The notes under the pieces: generated by a model | Database searches by the model: none | The model's input: only the letters and a program-made list of their open reading frames with translations | What the model was told of the DNA's origin: nothing | Assembly: GCA_033580375.1 (NCBI GenBank) | Contig: GCA_033580375.1_4527.1 | DNA: 64,000 nt | Strand: one strand, 5' to 3' | Source: a phage | Made by a program: the position numbers and the translations under genes | Part shown: one piece after another, positions 25,040 through 34,593 of the stretch | How the letters are laid out: each line of letters starts with the position of its first letter | Position numbering within the stretch: the stretch's first letter is position 1

Positions 25040-26047
25040 TTATGATACTAATTCAATCCATGCAGGACGCAGAACATCTTGCACCATTCGGACTAATTCT
25101 TTCTTAACAAGATTCGGATTATCAGATGATGTTAATACAATACCTTCACGAGAAGTTTCTTCCAGAATATCTTGAACAGTCAATCCCATCACTTTGCCAA
25201 AATCTTTTGGTGTTACAGTCCCAATCTTAGAAATCACATTATTAACACGATTTAATGTAACATAACAAGCTAGAACATCAAGCAAGTTTTTGTCAATTTC
25301 GGTTAATGGAACCTGAGTTTTAACAGGTTTATCAGACTTTTTCTTTTCACTGAATTTAGAGTTCTTGCACTTAATAGCTACACGAGTACCGTTTGGCAGC
25401 CATTTAGGGAAACAAGGCTTCAGAACATAACCTTCTGCCGTATTATCACCAATAACATTAGCATCAAATACACAATTATTTGCTTCGACAAGGTCTTCCG
25501 ATGCCGTAGCATTATAAGCGGCTAAGACGGAATCAAGGTCGTTTGGAATCATGATAAGAGCATCAAATGTTCCACGTCCAAGCATTGGTGCCATTTTAAA
25601 ACCAAACGTATTACAGAAATCTTGCATTTCGTAATCACTCATGTAATAAGTATCACCGCTTTCCGTGTTTATGATGATATCGAATACATAGAAATCTTTT
25701 TCACCGTAGTCAACACCTTTCTGAATTCCACCACCAGCGAATTCACCAAAGACTTGATATGTCACCGGCACTGAAGTTGAAATACTGCCCATGACTTCCT
25801 GAACGGCTTTAATAGCTTTATCATACTTCTTGAGTACTATTTCATAACCATAAAAATCTTCTGCTGGAAGAATAGGGCCTGTGCGCTTGGCGCATGTGAC
25901 GTTGTCACGTTCAATAATTAAACTAAAGTTGGTCCCATGGATTTTCTCACGTGCTACCCAAACACCAGTAGTCAAACCATTAGTGTAGAGTTTTTCAATA
26001 AACTTAGAGTTGTAGTGGTTTTCAAGACTGCTGTATTTCTTAAACAT
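25040..26047 (-). CDS. rnlB: RNA ligase 2 (Rnl2)
   Basis: 335 aa; N-terminus [20 protein letters not shown] and KIHG adenylylation motif match T4 Rnl2. Confidence 0.95.
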   Translation of the reverse strand: MFKKYSSLENHYNSKFIEKLYTNGLTTGVWVAREKIHGTNFSLIIERDNVTCAKRTGPILPAEDFYGYEIVLKKYDKAIKAVQEVMGSISTSVPVTYQVFGEFAGGGIQKGVDYGEKDFYVFDIIINTESGDTYYMSDYEMQDFCNTFGFKMAPMLGRGTFDALIMIPNDLDSVLAAYNATASEDLVEANNCVFDANVIGDNTAEGYVLKPCFPKWLPNGTRVAIKCKNSKFSEKKKSDKPVKTQVPLTEIDKNLLDVLACYVTLNRVNNVISKIGTVTPKDFGKVMGLTVQDILEETSREGIVLTSSDNPNLVKKELVRMVQDVLRPAWIELVS

Positions 26048-26138
26048 AAATCACCATTATAAATAATAATATCAAAATAATTAGCAGAGACTCTATCTCC
26101 GACCCGATGTTTAATTTGAATGGATAGAACCTAGATTC

Positions 26139-26164
26139 ATTATACCATCAAAAAATGTAAAGCA
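26139..26164 (-). promoter_or_regulatory. MotA-dependent middle promoter for rnlB
   Basis: - strand reads ATGCTTTAC (MotA box) - 13 nt - TATAAT, upstream of the rnlB ATG. Confidence 0.6.
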
Positions 26165-26166
26165 TA

Positions 26167-26418
26167 TTAGAACTTGATTTCTATCCAATGACCATCACGC
26201 TGGTCGTGATTAATTTTGTACTGAAAGCCATTATCACGTAACCACTGCCCGACTTGCTCTGTGATAGTTAAATCATTCTTTGATGGATAGTACGTGAATT
26301 GTGTCTGGCCTTTGTCAGCGGCTTTCTCTGCCATCACAGAGAAGTTAGTAATAAAATCACTCAACAAATTGGCTTTAGTGGCCAGAGCCCTTTCTCTTAA
26401 TTCCTGTGCAAAACTCAT
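26167..26418 (-). CDS. Hypothetical protein (83 aa)
   Basis: ORF in operon orientation; overlaps the upstream gene by 4 nt (ATGA). Confidence 0.5.
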   Translation of the reverse strand: MSFAQELRERALATKANLLSDFITNFSVMAEKAADKGQTQFTYYPSKNDLTITEQVGQWLRDNGFQYKINHDQRDGHWIEIKF

Positions 26419-26615
26419 TTCTTCACCTTTTTGTTAATCAAACGTTTACGGTATACAACTTTTTCTTTTGCTTTAAACTTTGACCGAGCTGTCTCGGCTT
26501 TAGTCCATAGTAATCCAACTTCTTTAGGTTGTAAACCGGTTTTTTGAGCAATTTCTACGAATGAAAATCCTGCCTCATGTAATGTATAAACTTCAACTTC
26601 AGCTCTCATAATCAA
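26415..26615 (-). CDS. Hypothetical small protein with helix-turn-helix-like segment
   Basis: 66 aa; the segment FVEIAQKTGLQPKEV resembles an HTH; very basic C-terminus. Confidence 0.45.
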   Translation of the reverse strand: MIMRAEVEVYTLHEAGFSFVEIAQKTGLQPKEVGLLWTKAETARSKFKAKEKVVYRKRLINKKVKK

Positions 26616-26690
26616 TCCAGTGTTATTTGGTTTGTGCCATTATATACATCAATCTCAAGTTGTGTTTTGTATGCTTTAAAAACGAAGAAA

Positions 26691-26704
26691 GGGGCCGAAG
26701 CCCC
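26691..26704 (-). terminator. Terminator GGGGC-TTCG-GCCCC plus T-tract after hoc
   Basis: - strand: hoc stop, then stem-loop, then CTTCGTTTTT. Confidence 0.65.
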
Positions 26705-26710
26705 TTACGA

Positions 26711-28126
26711 TTATGGATATGTATAGATGATACCAGTTTCCAAAGCAGTTTTATGGATGATGTATCCATTACGTGATTCTTGAACATCAACTTCTGGATA
26801 GTCTTTCATCATCTTCTGAAGAGTGTAACGATGCAGGTAGTATTTACTATCTGGATCGTCAATTTTCCAATCTTTACCTTCTTCAGTCATTTTTTGGATT
26901 TCATCCATAACCCACCAACCACACCAGATGTAAGCTGAAGTACGGTGTGGAAGAGGATGAACATAAGGTAGTTCACCTTCTGGCTCAATTGGAGTCCGTT
27001 CAGCAATAACAACTTCAGCGGTTGAACTAATTGTCTTTGAAGTATAGTTATCTTTAGTTAATACTGCTTCAACTTTAATTGTATGAGTACCAGCTGAGGA
27101 GGTATCAATACTGTAAGTATTAGTAGAATTACTTTCTGCTACGTTGTCTTTCTTCCAAGAATACACAATATTAGTATCACCTGGAGCACCAGTAACAGAT
27201 GCTGTTAAAGTTGCAGTTCCACCAACAGTAGTATTAACTGATGTGGGAGATAAATAAATGGTGGCACTATTAAATGTAGCATTATTAGTTACTACTGTTG
27301 CTTCTGCTGAAATTTCTTTTGTAACATAATTTGATGCAGAAACAGATACGGTGCATTTAAGAGTTTTACTTCCGACCTCGGTTGGAGTGAATTTATACGT
27401 AGCAGAAGTTGCATCTGGAATATTACTGTCATCCATTGACCACTGGAATGATGTAGTAGCACCTGAAGGTGCACCAGAGACATTTGCAGTTAAAGTAATA
27501 GGAACACCAAAGACTGTAGTCGGAGACTCAGGCGTAATTTTTAGTGTTGAAGAATTAGCCTTTTTATTTACAGTCAAAGAAACCGCTGATGATTCTACTG
27601 TTTTATCAACGTAATCAGTTGCAGTCACTGTGACAGAGCAAGTTATAGACTTAGTTCCTTCAGATGTTGGTGTATATTCAAAGGTTGATTGCTTTTGTCC
27701 ATCAACAGCGACCCCGTCAACTTTCCATGTATAAGCAATAGCAGCACCACTAGGTTGATTGCTTACATTAGCAGTGAATGTTGTTGCTGTTCCAATTTCT
27801 ACTGCAGCCGGAGAAGCCGGAGTAACAGCGACGGTAGAATTATTTTCTTTCTTATTAACAGTGATAGTTGTTGACGCTTCAGCTATTTCCGGATCTCCTG
27901 CGGAAAGTGTATTAGTTGCAACCACTTTAATTTTTTTTGTTCCTGCCGGAGAAGCAAGAGTATAATCCATTGTAGCAGCCGTAGACTCCTGTGCTATATC
28001 ATCTACAGTCCAGACGTATGTAATAGTACCATCTGGAGTTTCACCTGCAGGTGTAGCAGTGAATGTTTGTGAACCTCCAATAACCCCTGTAGGAGTTAAA
28101 GGAGATAATGTGACAGTGAATGTCAT
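26711..28126 (-). CDS. hoc: Highly immunogenic outer capsid protein Hoc, enlarged with tandem Ig-like domains
   Basis: C-terminal ~100 aa (EPEGELPYVHPLPHR...GIIYTYP) match the T4 Hoc capsid-binding domain; 471 aa versus 376 aa in T4. Confidence 0.9.
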   Translation of the reverse strand: MTFTVTLSPLTPTGVIGGSQTFTATPAGETPDGTITYVWTVDDIAQESTAATMDYTLASPAGTKKIKVVATNTLSAGDPEIAEASTTITVNKKENNSTVAVTPASPAAVEIGTATTFTANVSNQPSGAAIAYTWKVDGVAVDGQKQSTFEYTPTSEGTKSITCSVTVTATDYVDKTVESSAVSLTVNKKANSSTLKITPESPTTVFGVPITLTANVSGAPSGATTSFQWSMDDSNIPDATSATYKFTPTEVGSKTLKCTVSVSASNYVTKEISAEATVVTNNATFNSATIYLSPTSVNTTVGGTATLTASVTGAPGDTNIVYSWKKDNVAESNSTNTYSIDTSSAGTHTIKVEAVLTKDNYTSKTISSTAEVVIAERTPIEPEGELPYVHPLPHRTSAYIWCGWWVMDEIQKMTEEGKDWKIDDPDSKYYLHRYTLQKMMKDYPEVDVQESRNGYIIHKTALETGIIYTYP

Positions 28127-28135
28127 AAGTTATCC

Positions 28136-28804
28136 TTATTTTAATGTTACGAAAGAAGAATTACGAGTTTCACGAATTAGAACTGATCCATCGCGATTAA
28201 TATAATAAATTAAGCTAAATAATGTTTGGTGAGCAGAAGCATGCACAAAACTGGTTGGGCGAGATTTCCAATCAGGTGTTTCGGCTATCCATTGATAAAT
28301 CCACCAAGGAACAGTAACATATCCTAGGCCTTTGCCTAATTTAATGAGTGTAGGACTAAAATTTTCAGGCAGAACAAATTTTACTTCTTTATTTACCTCT
28401 GACTCAGGCTCTTTTTCAGATTCAACAACCTGAGTAATTGCTTCTTCAAATTTATCATGGTCGAATTCTTTTTCTTGTTCGACAACTTCTAATACTTCAA
28501 CTTGTTCTGTTGGAGAATCAAACAACAGAATAGCTTCTTCTTTAACTTCTTCGTTGGTGAAATTAACACCATCCACATCATCTGCGGCAGTAATTAAATC
28601 AGTAATAGATAATCCATCAGTTTCAGGTAATGGTTCATCAGCCAGTGCGTTAAGAGCTTCTTCGATATCAATAACAATATTATCGAATGATTTTGTTTTC
28701 TTAACACTAATGCCAAATTGTTTCGCATATTCGAACAGTTTAGCTTTGGCTTCCTTTTTATCAGAAAGAGCACGTAACTCTTCAATATAGTCTTTATCGA
28801 TCAT
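28136..28804 (-). CDS. inh: Probable Inh (inhibitor of prohead protease gp21)
   Basis: 222 aa; position between hoc and uvsW as T4 inh; acidic central region. Confidence 0.6.
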   Translation of the reverse strand: MIDKDYIEELRALSDKKEAKAKLFEYAKQFGISVKKTKSFDNIVIDIEEALNALADEPLPETDGLSITDLITAADDVDGVNFTNEEVKEEAILLFDSPTEQVEVLEVVEQEKEFDHDKFEEAITQVVESEKEPESEVNKEVKFVLPENFSPTLIKLGKGLGYVTVPWWIYQWIAETPDWKSRPTSFVHASAHQTLFSLIYYINRDGSVLIRETRNSSFVTLK

Positions 28805-28817
28805 GATATTTCCTCAT

Positions 28818-28825
28818 TATAAATA
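28818..28825 (+). promoter_or_regulatory. Late promoter TATAAATA for uvsW
   Basis: Exact TATAAATA ~30 nt upstream of the uvsW ATG. Confidence 0.65.
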
Positions 28826-28854
28826 TAACTATATTTATTACATGGTAATTTGAC

Positions 28855-30369
28855 ATGACTGACATTAAAGTACATTTTTATGATTTTAGTCACGTTCGCA
28901 TTGAATGCGACGAAAGTACGTTTTACGAACTTCGTGACTTTTTTAGCTTTGAAGCTGACGGGTATAAATTTAACCCAAAATATCGCTATGGGCAATGGGA
29001 TGGTAGAATTCGACTTTTAGATTACAATCGTTTGTTACCATATGGACTTGTAGGACAAATAAAAAAGTTCTGTAACAATATGAGTTATTCTGTATGGATT
29101 GACCCTAAAATCTTTGAGACCGAAGACCTTACCAGGGAAGATTTTGACGCATGGCTTTCTAAACAAGAAATTTATTCAGGCAATGCCAAAATCGAACCGC
29201 ATTGGTATCAAAAAGATGCAGTATATGAAGGACTAGTTAATCGTCGTCGAATTTTAAACCTTCCGACATCAGCAGGTAAATCACTAATCCAAGCACTTTT
29301 AGCTCGGTATTATCTAGAGAACTATGAAGGTAAAATTCTCATTATCGTCCCTACAACAGCATTGACAACCCAGATGGCTAATGATTTTGTTGATTATCGC
29401 TTGTTTAGTCATTCGATGATTAAGAAAATTGGCGGTGGTGCTGATAAAGCCGACAAATCTAAAAACGACGCTCCAATTATTGTTGGCACATGGCAAACGG
29501 TAGTTAAGCAGCCTAAAGAATGGTTCTCTCAGTTCGGTATGATGATGAACGATGAATGCCACTTAGCAACAGGCAAAAGTATTTCTTCAATCATCTCAGG
29601 ATTAAATAATTGCATGTTTAAATTCGGTTTATCCGGCTCATTAAGAGACGGAAAAGCCAATGTAATGCAGTACGTAGGTATGTTCGGCGAAATCTTCCGT
29701 CCTGTTAGCACGTCTAAATTAATGGAAGACGGACAGGTAACTGAGCTTAAGATTAATAGTATTTTCCTTCGTTATCCAGACGAATTCGCCACTAAATTAA
29801 AAGGTAAAACATACCAAGAAGAAGTTAAAATTATTACCGGACTAAAACGTCGTACAAAGTGGATTGCTCAACTTTCAGTCAAATTGGCTAAGAAAGACGA
29901 GAACGCCTTTGTAATGTTTAAACACGTTACACACGGTAAAGAAATATTTGAAGCTATTAAAGAGCTTGGATACGAAAAAGTTTATTACGTATCAGGTGAA
30001 GTTGATACTGAAACACGTAACGCTCTTAAAGTCATGGCGGAAAATGGTAAAGGCATTATTATTGTCGCATCATATGGAGTATTCTCTACCGGTATTTCAG
30101 TCAAGAATCTTCATCATGTTATTTTTGCCCATGGTGTTAAATCAAAAATTATCGTACTTCAAACCGTAGGTCGAGTGCTTCGTAAGCATGGTTCTAAAGC
30201 TGTTGCTACAGTTTGGGATCTCATCGATGACGCAGGTGTAAAACCTAAATCATTAAATACTAAAAAGAAGTATACTCATCTTAATTACTTGTTAAAACAC
30301 GGTATTGATCGTATCCAACGTTACGCTGATGAGAAATTTAACTATGTAATGAAAACAATTAATTTATAA
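28855..30369 (+). CDS. uvsW: UvsW RNA-DNA / DNA helicase (SF2)
   Basis: 504 aa; Walker A-like LPTSAGKS and DExH-like MNDECH motifs; T4 synteny. Confidence 0.9.
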   Translation: MTDIKVHFYDFSHVRIECDESTFYELRDFFSFEADGYKFNPKYRYGQWDGRIRLLDYNRLLPYGLVGQIKKFCNNMSYSVWIDPKIFETEDLTREDFDAWLSKQEIYSGNAKIEPHWYQKDAVYEGLVNRRRILNLPTSAGKSLIQALLARYYLENYEGKILIIVPTTALTTQMANDFVDYRLFSHSMIKKIGGGADKADKSKNDAPIIVGTWQTVVKQPKEWFSQFGMMMNDECHLATGKSISSIISGLNNCMFKFGLSGSLRDGKANVMQYVGMFGEIFRPVSTSKLMEDGQVTELKINSIFLRYPDEFATKLKGKTYQEEVKIITGLKRRTKWIAQLSVKLAKKDENAFVMFKHVTHGKEIFEAIKELGYEKVYYVSGEVDTETRNALKVMAENGKGIIIVASYGVFSTGISVKNLHHVIFAHGVKSKIIVLQTVGRVLRKHGSKAVATVWDLIDDAGVKPKSLNTKKKYTHLNYLLKHGIDRIQRYADEKFNYVMKTINL

Positions 30370-30383
30370 GGGCTTCGGCCCTT
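30368..30383 (+). terminator. Stem-loop AAGGGC-TTCG-GCCCTT between uvsW and uvsW.1
   Basis: 6 bp stem with UUCG tetraloop, immediately followed by the AGGAG RBS of uvsW.1. Confidence 0.5.
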
Positions 30384-30394
30384 AGGAGATAAAA

Positions 30395-30625
30395 ATGGTA
30401 CTTGAATTTAAACAATTTTTATACGAAGCATCTATTGACGAATTCATGGGTAAAATTGCTAGTTGTCATACCCTAGAAGGGCTTGAAGAATTGGAAGCTT
30501 ATTATAAGAAACGTATAAAAGAAACGGAATTAAAAGATACAGATGATATTTCTGTCAGGGATGCCTTAGCAGGTAAGCGTGCCGAACTTGAAGGCGACGA
30601 TGAGGATGCGGAAGAAGATTTCTAA
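30395..30625 (+). CDS. uvsW.1: UvsW.1 small acidic protein
   Basis: 76 aa ORF directly downstream of uvsW, as in T4. Confidence 0.75.
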   Translation: MVLEFKQFLYEASIDEFMGKIASCHTLEGLEELEAYYKKRIKETELKDTDDISVRDALAGKRAELEGDDEDAEEDF

Positions 30626-30681
30626 TTAAAAAAGGCCCGACCTTTTTGGAAGGGCCAAAACCATAGGCAAAAAAGGTAACA

Positions 30682-30849
30682 CTATAGTAAAAGTTGGGTT
30701 TCGTTCAATTGCTCTTCTGAACTTTCTGAAACCGGCAATTGTTGTACATAATTATAACAAGGACCAGGATGTGCTGGACCTTTGTCTGTTTCAACAACCA
30801 ATGCAGAATCGATTGGAGTTTTACAGACAACACAAATCTTATCTGACAT
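30682..30849 (-). CDS. Unannotated small protein (55 aa) with CxxC motif
   Basis: Not in the ORF track (below 60 aa). ATG at 30849 preceded by AGGAGG; translation MSDKICVVCKTPIDSALVVETDKGPAHPGPCYNYVQQLPVSESSEEQLNETQLLL. Confidence 0.55.
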   Translation of the reverse strand: MSDKICVVCKTPIDSALVVETDKGPAHPGPCYNYVQQLPVSESSEEQLNETQLLL

Positions 30850-30881
30850 GATTGCCTCCTAAGTTGAAATTACATATCTAT

Positions 30882-31106
30882 TTATACCATTCGCATGCAC
30901 ATATCGATACCCATATCTTTTGTATAAAAATACTCGTCGATGTACCCAGCAAACTTCCCTTTAATATAAAGGACGTCTTCACCACAAGGGTGGTCGGCCA
31001 GAATACGAATATCCTGACGTCGTAGACGATACTTTTCCATTAAGAATTTAATTTCAGTTTCAAATTCTTCATCATTATTAAAGGCATCTTCAATTGAATA
31101 ACGCAT
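30882..31106 (-). CDS. Hypothetical protein (74 aa), uvsY-upstream small gene
   Basis: ORF in operon orientation; T4 has small uvsY.-1/uvsY.-2 genes here. Confidence 0.55.
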   Translation of the reverse strand: MRYSIEDAFNNDEEFETEIKFLMEKYRLRRQDIRILADHPCGEDVLYIKGKFAGYIDEYFYTKDMGIDMCMRMV

Positions 31107-31519
31107 TATTGCCCCGCTTCAAATTCTCGCATATCTTGAATATGTTTAAGTGCAAAACTACGAGACTTAACTGCATCAAGTGCACCACTACAGAACTCAA
31201 GTAAAATTCCCCAGTATTGTAAAGTAGTCTCTATTTTAAGCACATCTTTATCTGCAGCCAGGACAGTTTTCATTTCAGATTTCTCATATCGGTCCATACT
31301 GAATTCATCACCGTCACCTCGTCCCGAGTAGTAGTCTAATCTTGCTTTTAGAGCAGTTTTCTTCTGAGTCTCTATACGCAACATTTCTTTACGAATAAAT
31401 GAGTGCTTACGTAGCCATTTGCTGTATAACTTAACATTATTCGCCGTCTCATATTGCAACTTTGTCATATCAATAGCTAAGTCTGCGTCTAACTCTTCCT
31501 GTAAATCTTCCAGCTTCAT
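31106..31519 (-). CDS. uvsY: UvsY recombination mediator protein
   Basis: Sequence MKLEDLQEELDADLAIDMTKLQYE...HIQDMREFEAGQ matches T4 UvsY; start set to the ATG at 31519, giving 137 aa. The track ORF extends upstream into the promoter. Confidence 0.95.
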   Translation of the reverse strand: MKLEDLQEELDADLAIDMTKLQYETANNVKLYSKWLRKHSFIRKEMLRIETQKKTALKARLDYYSGRGDGDEFSMDRYEKSEMKTVLAADKDVLKIETTLQYWGILLEFCSGALDAVKSRSFALKHIQDMREFEAGQ

Positions 31520-31574
31520 AATGTTCTCTCTTTTAACTAATAATCTCCCGGCTGTATCGGAAGGACCTAAAACC

Positions 31575-31601
31575 ATTATACATAGGTTGCCTTGAAGCAT
31601 T
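31575..31601 (-). promoter_or_regulatory. MotA-dependent middle promoter PuvsY; in T4 this promoter is the core of replication origin oriF
   Basis: - strand reads ATGCTTCA (MotA box) - 12 nt - TATAAT, overlapping the gene 25 stop codon. Confidence 0.65.
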
Positions 31602-31998
31602 ACACTCTATTGCTTGACGCTAACTGAAGTTTAATTTGTTCGATATCATCAGGGTTATCTACGACCGAAAATCTAATCTCTACTATAACTGTATAGTCAT
31701 CATATACTGGCGTTACACTTACAGAAAGTTTGTCGATGCGAGGCTCATAGTTACGGACAGCTGCCTGGATATTACGCTCAATAGTATCGGCTGTAAGTGG
31801 TGTCATGTTCTCGAAAAGTTCGTCGACCAAATCGCATCCAAATTCAGGGTCGAAGGGGCGTGAGCCTTTTCTAGTTGTCACTATGCCAAGAAGACTATTT
31901 TTAATAGAACGAAGTCCTACAGAACGAGCAACGTCCTTGTTCCAATCTATACGCATTTCTGGGTCGATATCTGAATAAAGTTTATTGATATTAGACAT
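31600..31998 (-). CDS. 25: Baseplate wedge protein gp25
   Basis: 132 aa; sequence MSNINKLYSDIDPEMRIDWNKDV...QLASSNRV nearly identical to T4 gp25. Confidence 0.95.
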   Translation of the reverse strand: MSNINKLYSDIDPEMRIDWNKDVARSVGLRSIKNSLLGIVTTRKGSRPFDPEFGCDLVDELFENMTPLTADTIERNIQAAVRNYEPRIDKLSVSVTPVYDDYTVIVEIRFSVVDNPDDIEQIKLQLASSNRV

Positions 31999-32624
31999 TA
32001 TAATAACTCAAAGAATTCTTTGAGGCCTCGTATTGTGTGAACATGTGACGCCCCACATTTGGGACATTTAATAGGGGTTGCCAGATAAATTGATGGCGAT
32101 ACCAAAAGATTTTTAATATTGATCATGTCATCTTCTGTTATAAGGCCGTAAAGGTCGTTTATTTCTGCTTCAGTTAAATCTTCAACAGGGATAGACTCTC
32201 CATTGACAAAAACAGCCTCAATACATGAAGCAATCATTAATGCGATATTTTTATCGTCAAATAATTTAGGTTGACGGAACTTAATTTTAATACCACTGAA
32301 CGAATACCAGGGATCGGCCTGTTCATCTAATTGAGTGTGCAATAAATTCATATATACTTGAAATGAATGCCCACAGGAACAATTCCAGGTGTGTTCTTGA
32401 TTCACTTCACCTAATGAATGTGCCCACAGATTTACCAACAATAACTCGGCTTCTTGTTTAGACAAGTTTTTAGCATTAGAGCAATTAGTGATAATATTGT
32501 TCACTGCTGATTCAATAGTACCGGTAGCACGAGCACCTATGAGCCCTAAATATTCTTTTAAAGTAAAGGCTCTACAATTCACTTCTTTATCGCCTAAACG
32601 TACGGTAAACGTATATTTGTACAT
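31998..32624 (-). CDS. 26: Baseplate hub protein gp26
   Basis: 208 aa as in T4 gp26; ATGA overlap with gene 25. Confidence 0.85.
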   Translation of the reverse strand: MYKYTFTVRLGDKEVNCRAFTLKEYLGLIGARATGTIESAVNNIITNCSNAKNLSKQEAELLLVNLWAHSLGEVNQEHTWNCSCGHSFQVYMNLLHTQLDEQADPWYSFSGIKIKFRQPKLFDDKNIALMIASCIEAVFVNGESIPVEDLTEAEINDLYGLITEDDMINIKNLLVSPSIYLATPIKCPKCGASHVHTIRGLKEFFELL

Positions 32625-32643
32625 GTTAACTCCTTTATTGTGT

Positions 32644-32651
32644 ATTTATAA
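32644..32651 (-). promoter_or_regulatory. Late promoter TATAAATA (- strand) for genes 26/25
   Basis: Reverse complement of TATTTATA at 32644-32651; overlaps the + strand late promoter of gene 51. Confidence 0.6.
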
Positions 32652-32654
32652 ATA
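32647..32654 (+). promoter_or_regulatory. Late promoter TATAAATA for gene 51
   Basis: Exact TATAAATA ~18 nt upstream of the gene 51 ATG. Confidence 0.65.
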
Positions 32655-32671
32655 ATAGAAAAGGAGTAATT

Positions 32672-33424
32672 ATGGCTAATATAATTCGTTGTAAATTACC
32701 GGATGGTGTTCATCGTTTTAAGCCGTTCACTGTGGCGGATTATAGAGACTTTTTACTAGTTAGAAATGATATCGAACATCGTTCGCCACAAGAACAAAAA
32801 GAAATAATTGCCGATCTGATTGATGATTATTTTGGCGAGTACCCTAAAACATGGCAACCGTTTATATTCCTGCAAGTTTTTGCAGGCTCTATAGGCAAAA
32901 CAAAAGTTCCCGTTATTTTCACTTGCCCTAAATGCTCTAAAGAAAAAACTGCACCATTTGAGATATATCAAAAAGAACTAGTCGAACCTGAACTTGATGT
33001 TGCTGGTATAAAAATACGTTTTTCTTTCCCTGAAAAGTTTTATGACAACAAAGCATTAATGATAAGTGAAAACATAAAAGAAATATATTATAATGATGAA
33101 TGGTACCCATGGAATGATTTGACTGAAGAGAACCAAATCCAAGTAATAGAAGCAATAGACATTGACTCGCTCGAGAAGGTTATTGCTTCTATGAACCCTA
33201 TTAATTTGACCCTTAGATTAGGTTGTTGTGAACGACATGTTAAAACATATACTGATATCTTAGAGGTTTTTAAATTGTTAGTTAACCCTGATGAGATTTT
33301 TACATTCTATCAGATAAACCATTCACTAGTAAAGAGTCAATACACATTGGATTCTATTATGCAAATGATTCCTGTTGAACGTGGTATTGCTTTAACATTA
33401 GTAGAAAAGGACCATAAAAAATGA
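32672..33424 (+). CDS. 51: Baseplate hub assembly catalyst gp51
   Basis: 250 aa versus T4 gp51 249 aa; divergent from 26 as in T4. Confidence 0.85.
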   Translation: MANIIRCKLPDGVHRFKPFTVADYRDFLLVRNDIEHRSPQEQKEIIADLIDDYFGEYPKTWQPFIFLQVFAGSIGKTKVPVIFTCPKCSKEKTAPFEIYQKELVEPELDVAGIKIRFSFPEKFYDNKALMISENIKEIYYNDEWYPWNDLTEENQIQVIEAIDIDSLEKVIASMNPINLTLRLGCCERHVKTYTDILEVFKLLVNPDEIFTFYQINHSLVKSQYTLDSIMQMIPVERGIALTLVEKDHKK

Positions 33425-34593
33425 CAGTATTCCAACGTCCAGGATATCCTAACTTAAGCGTTAAATTATACCAAGATTATTCGGCTTGGCAAGAAAATAG
33501 ATATGTTGAACTCGCAGCAACAATAACAACTTTAACCATGCGAGATTCACTATATGGAAGAAATGAAGGGATTCTTCAATTTTATGACACTAAAAACATC
33601 CACACTAAAATGGATGGTAGACAGATAGTTCAAATCTCTGTTTCAAATTCAAACACACCTCTCCAAGTTAGAACTCGAATTTATGGATGTAGACATTATT
33701 CCGTGTCTGTGGACTCAAAAGGTGACAATATTATTGCAATTGAGCTTGGAACAATACATTCTATAGAGAACCTTAAATTTGGGCGACCATTCTTCCCAGA
33801 CGCAGGAGAATCTATACGTGAAATGTTAGGTGTCATATATAAAGACCGTACGTTAATTACTCCGCCAATAAACACTATTAATGCTTATGTTCCTGATATT
33901 CCTTGGACAAGCACATTTGATGATTATTTGGCATATGTCAGAGAATTAGGACTTGCCACAGCGAGTGATAAGTTCGTATTCGTATGGCAAGATATTTTAG
34001 GCGTAAACATGATTGACTACGATACTCTTATTGGCCAGGAAGGCATTAAGATGGTTGTAGGCGAGCCAAATACCGTAGGTCAGTATATTCAAGAGCTTGA
34101 GTATCCATTAGTATGGGATTTTACCTGGATGACTAAAGCTAACCAATTTACAAGAGACCCTATTAAAAACGCCACGGTATTCGCCCATTCATTTTTAGAT
34201 ACATCTATTCCGGTTATTGTTACAGGTGATGGTGATAATGCTATTCTTGTGTCAAGATCCGGCGGATATTCCGAAATGACCTATCGTAATGGATTTGAAG
34301 AAGCAAGTCGTCTTCAGACAATGGCTCAATATGACGGATATGCTAAATGCACTACTACAGGTAATTTTAACATAACGCCTGCTACTAAAATTATATTTGT
34401 TGACCAAAAGAACCAATTCAAATCCGAATTTTACGTAGATGAAGTTATTCATGAGTTATCAAATAACAACTCACAAACTCATCTGTACATGTTTACCAAC
34501 TCAATGGTGTTAGAACCTGTTAACCCAGTTAAGGTTAAAAATGAACTTAAATCTGATTCTACCTCTAAAGAAAATAATTCTACCACAGTCTAA
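33421..34593 (+). CDS. 27: Baseplate hub protein gp27
   Basis: 390 aa versus T4 gp27 391 aa; synteny. Confidence 0.85.
   Translation: MTVFQRPGYPNLSVKLYQDYSAWQENRYVELAATITTLTMRDSLYGRNEGILQFYDTKNIHTKMDGRQIVQISVSNSNTPLQVRTRIYGCRHYSVSVDSKGDNIIAIELGTIHSIENLKFGRPFFPDAGESIREMLGVIYKDRTLITPPINTINAYVPDIPWTSTFDDYLAYVRELGLATASDKFVFVWQDILGVNMIDYDTLIGQEGIKMVVGEPNTVGQYIQELEYPLVWDFTWMTKANQFTRDPIKNATVFAHSFLDTSIPVIVTGDGDNAILVSRSGGYSEMTYRNGFEEASRLQTMAQYDGYAKCTTTGNFNITPATKIIFVDQKNQFKSEFYVDEVIHELSNNNSQTHLYMFTNSMVLEPVNPVKVKNELKSDSTSKENNSTTV

Noticed and set aside
31520-31600. N-terminal extensions of track ORFs (uvsY 164 aa, alc 187 aa, 121 aa ORF at 39326, 113 aa ORF at 49813, 93 aa ORF at 23637)
   Set aside because: The extensions read through recognisable promoter/leader cassettes; internal ATGs with proper RBS give lengths matching T4 homologues.
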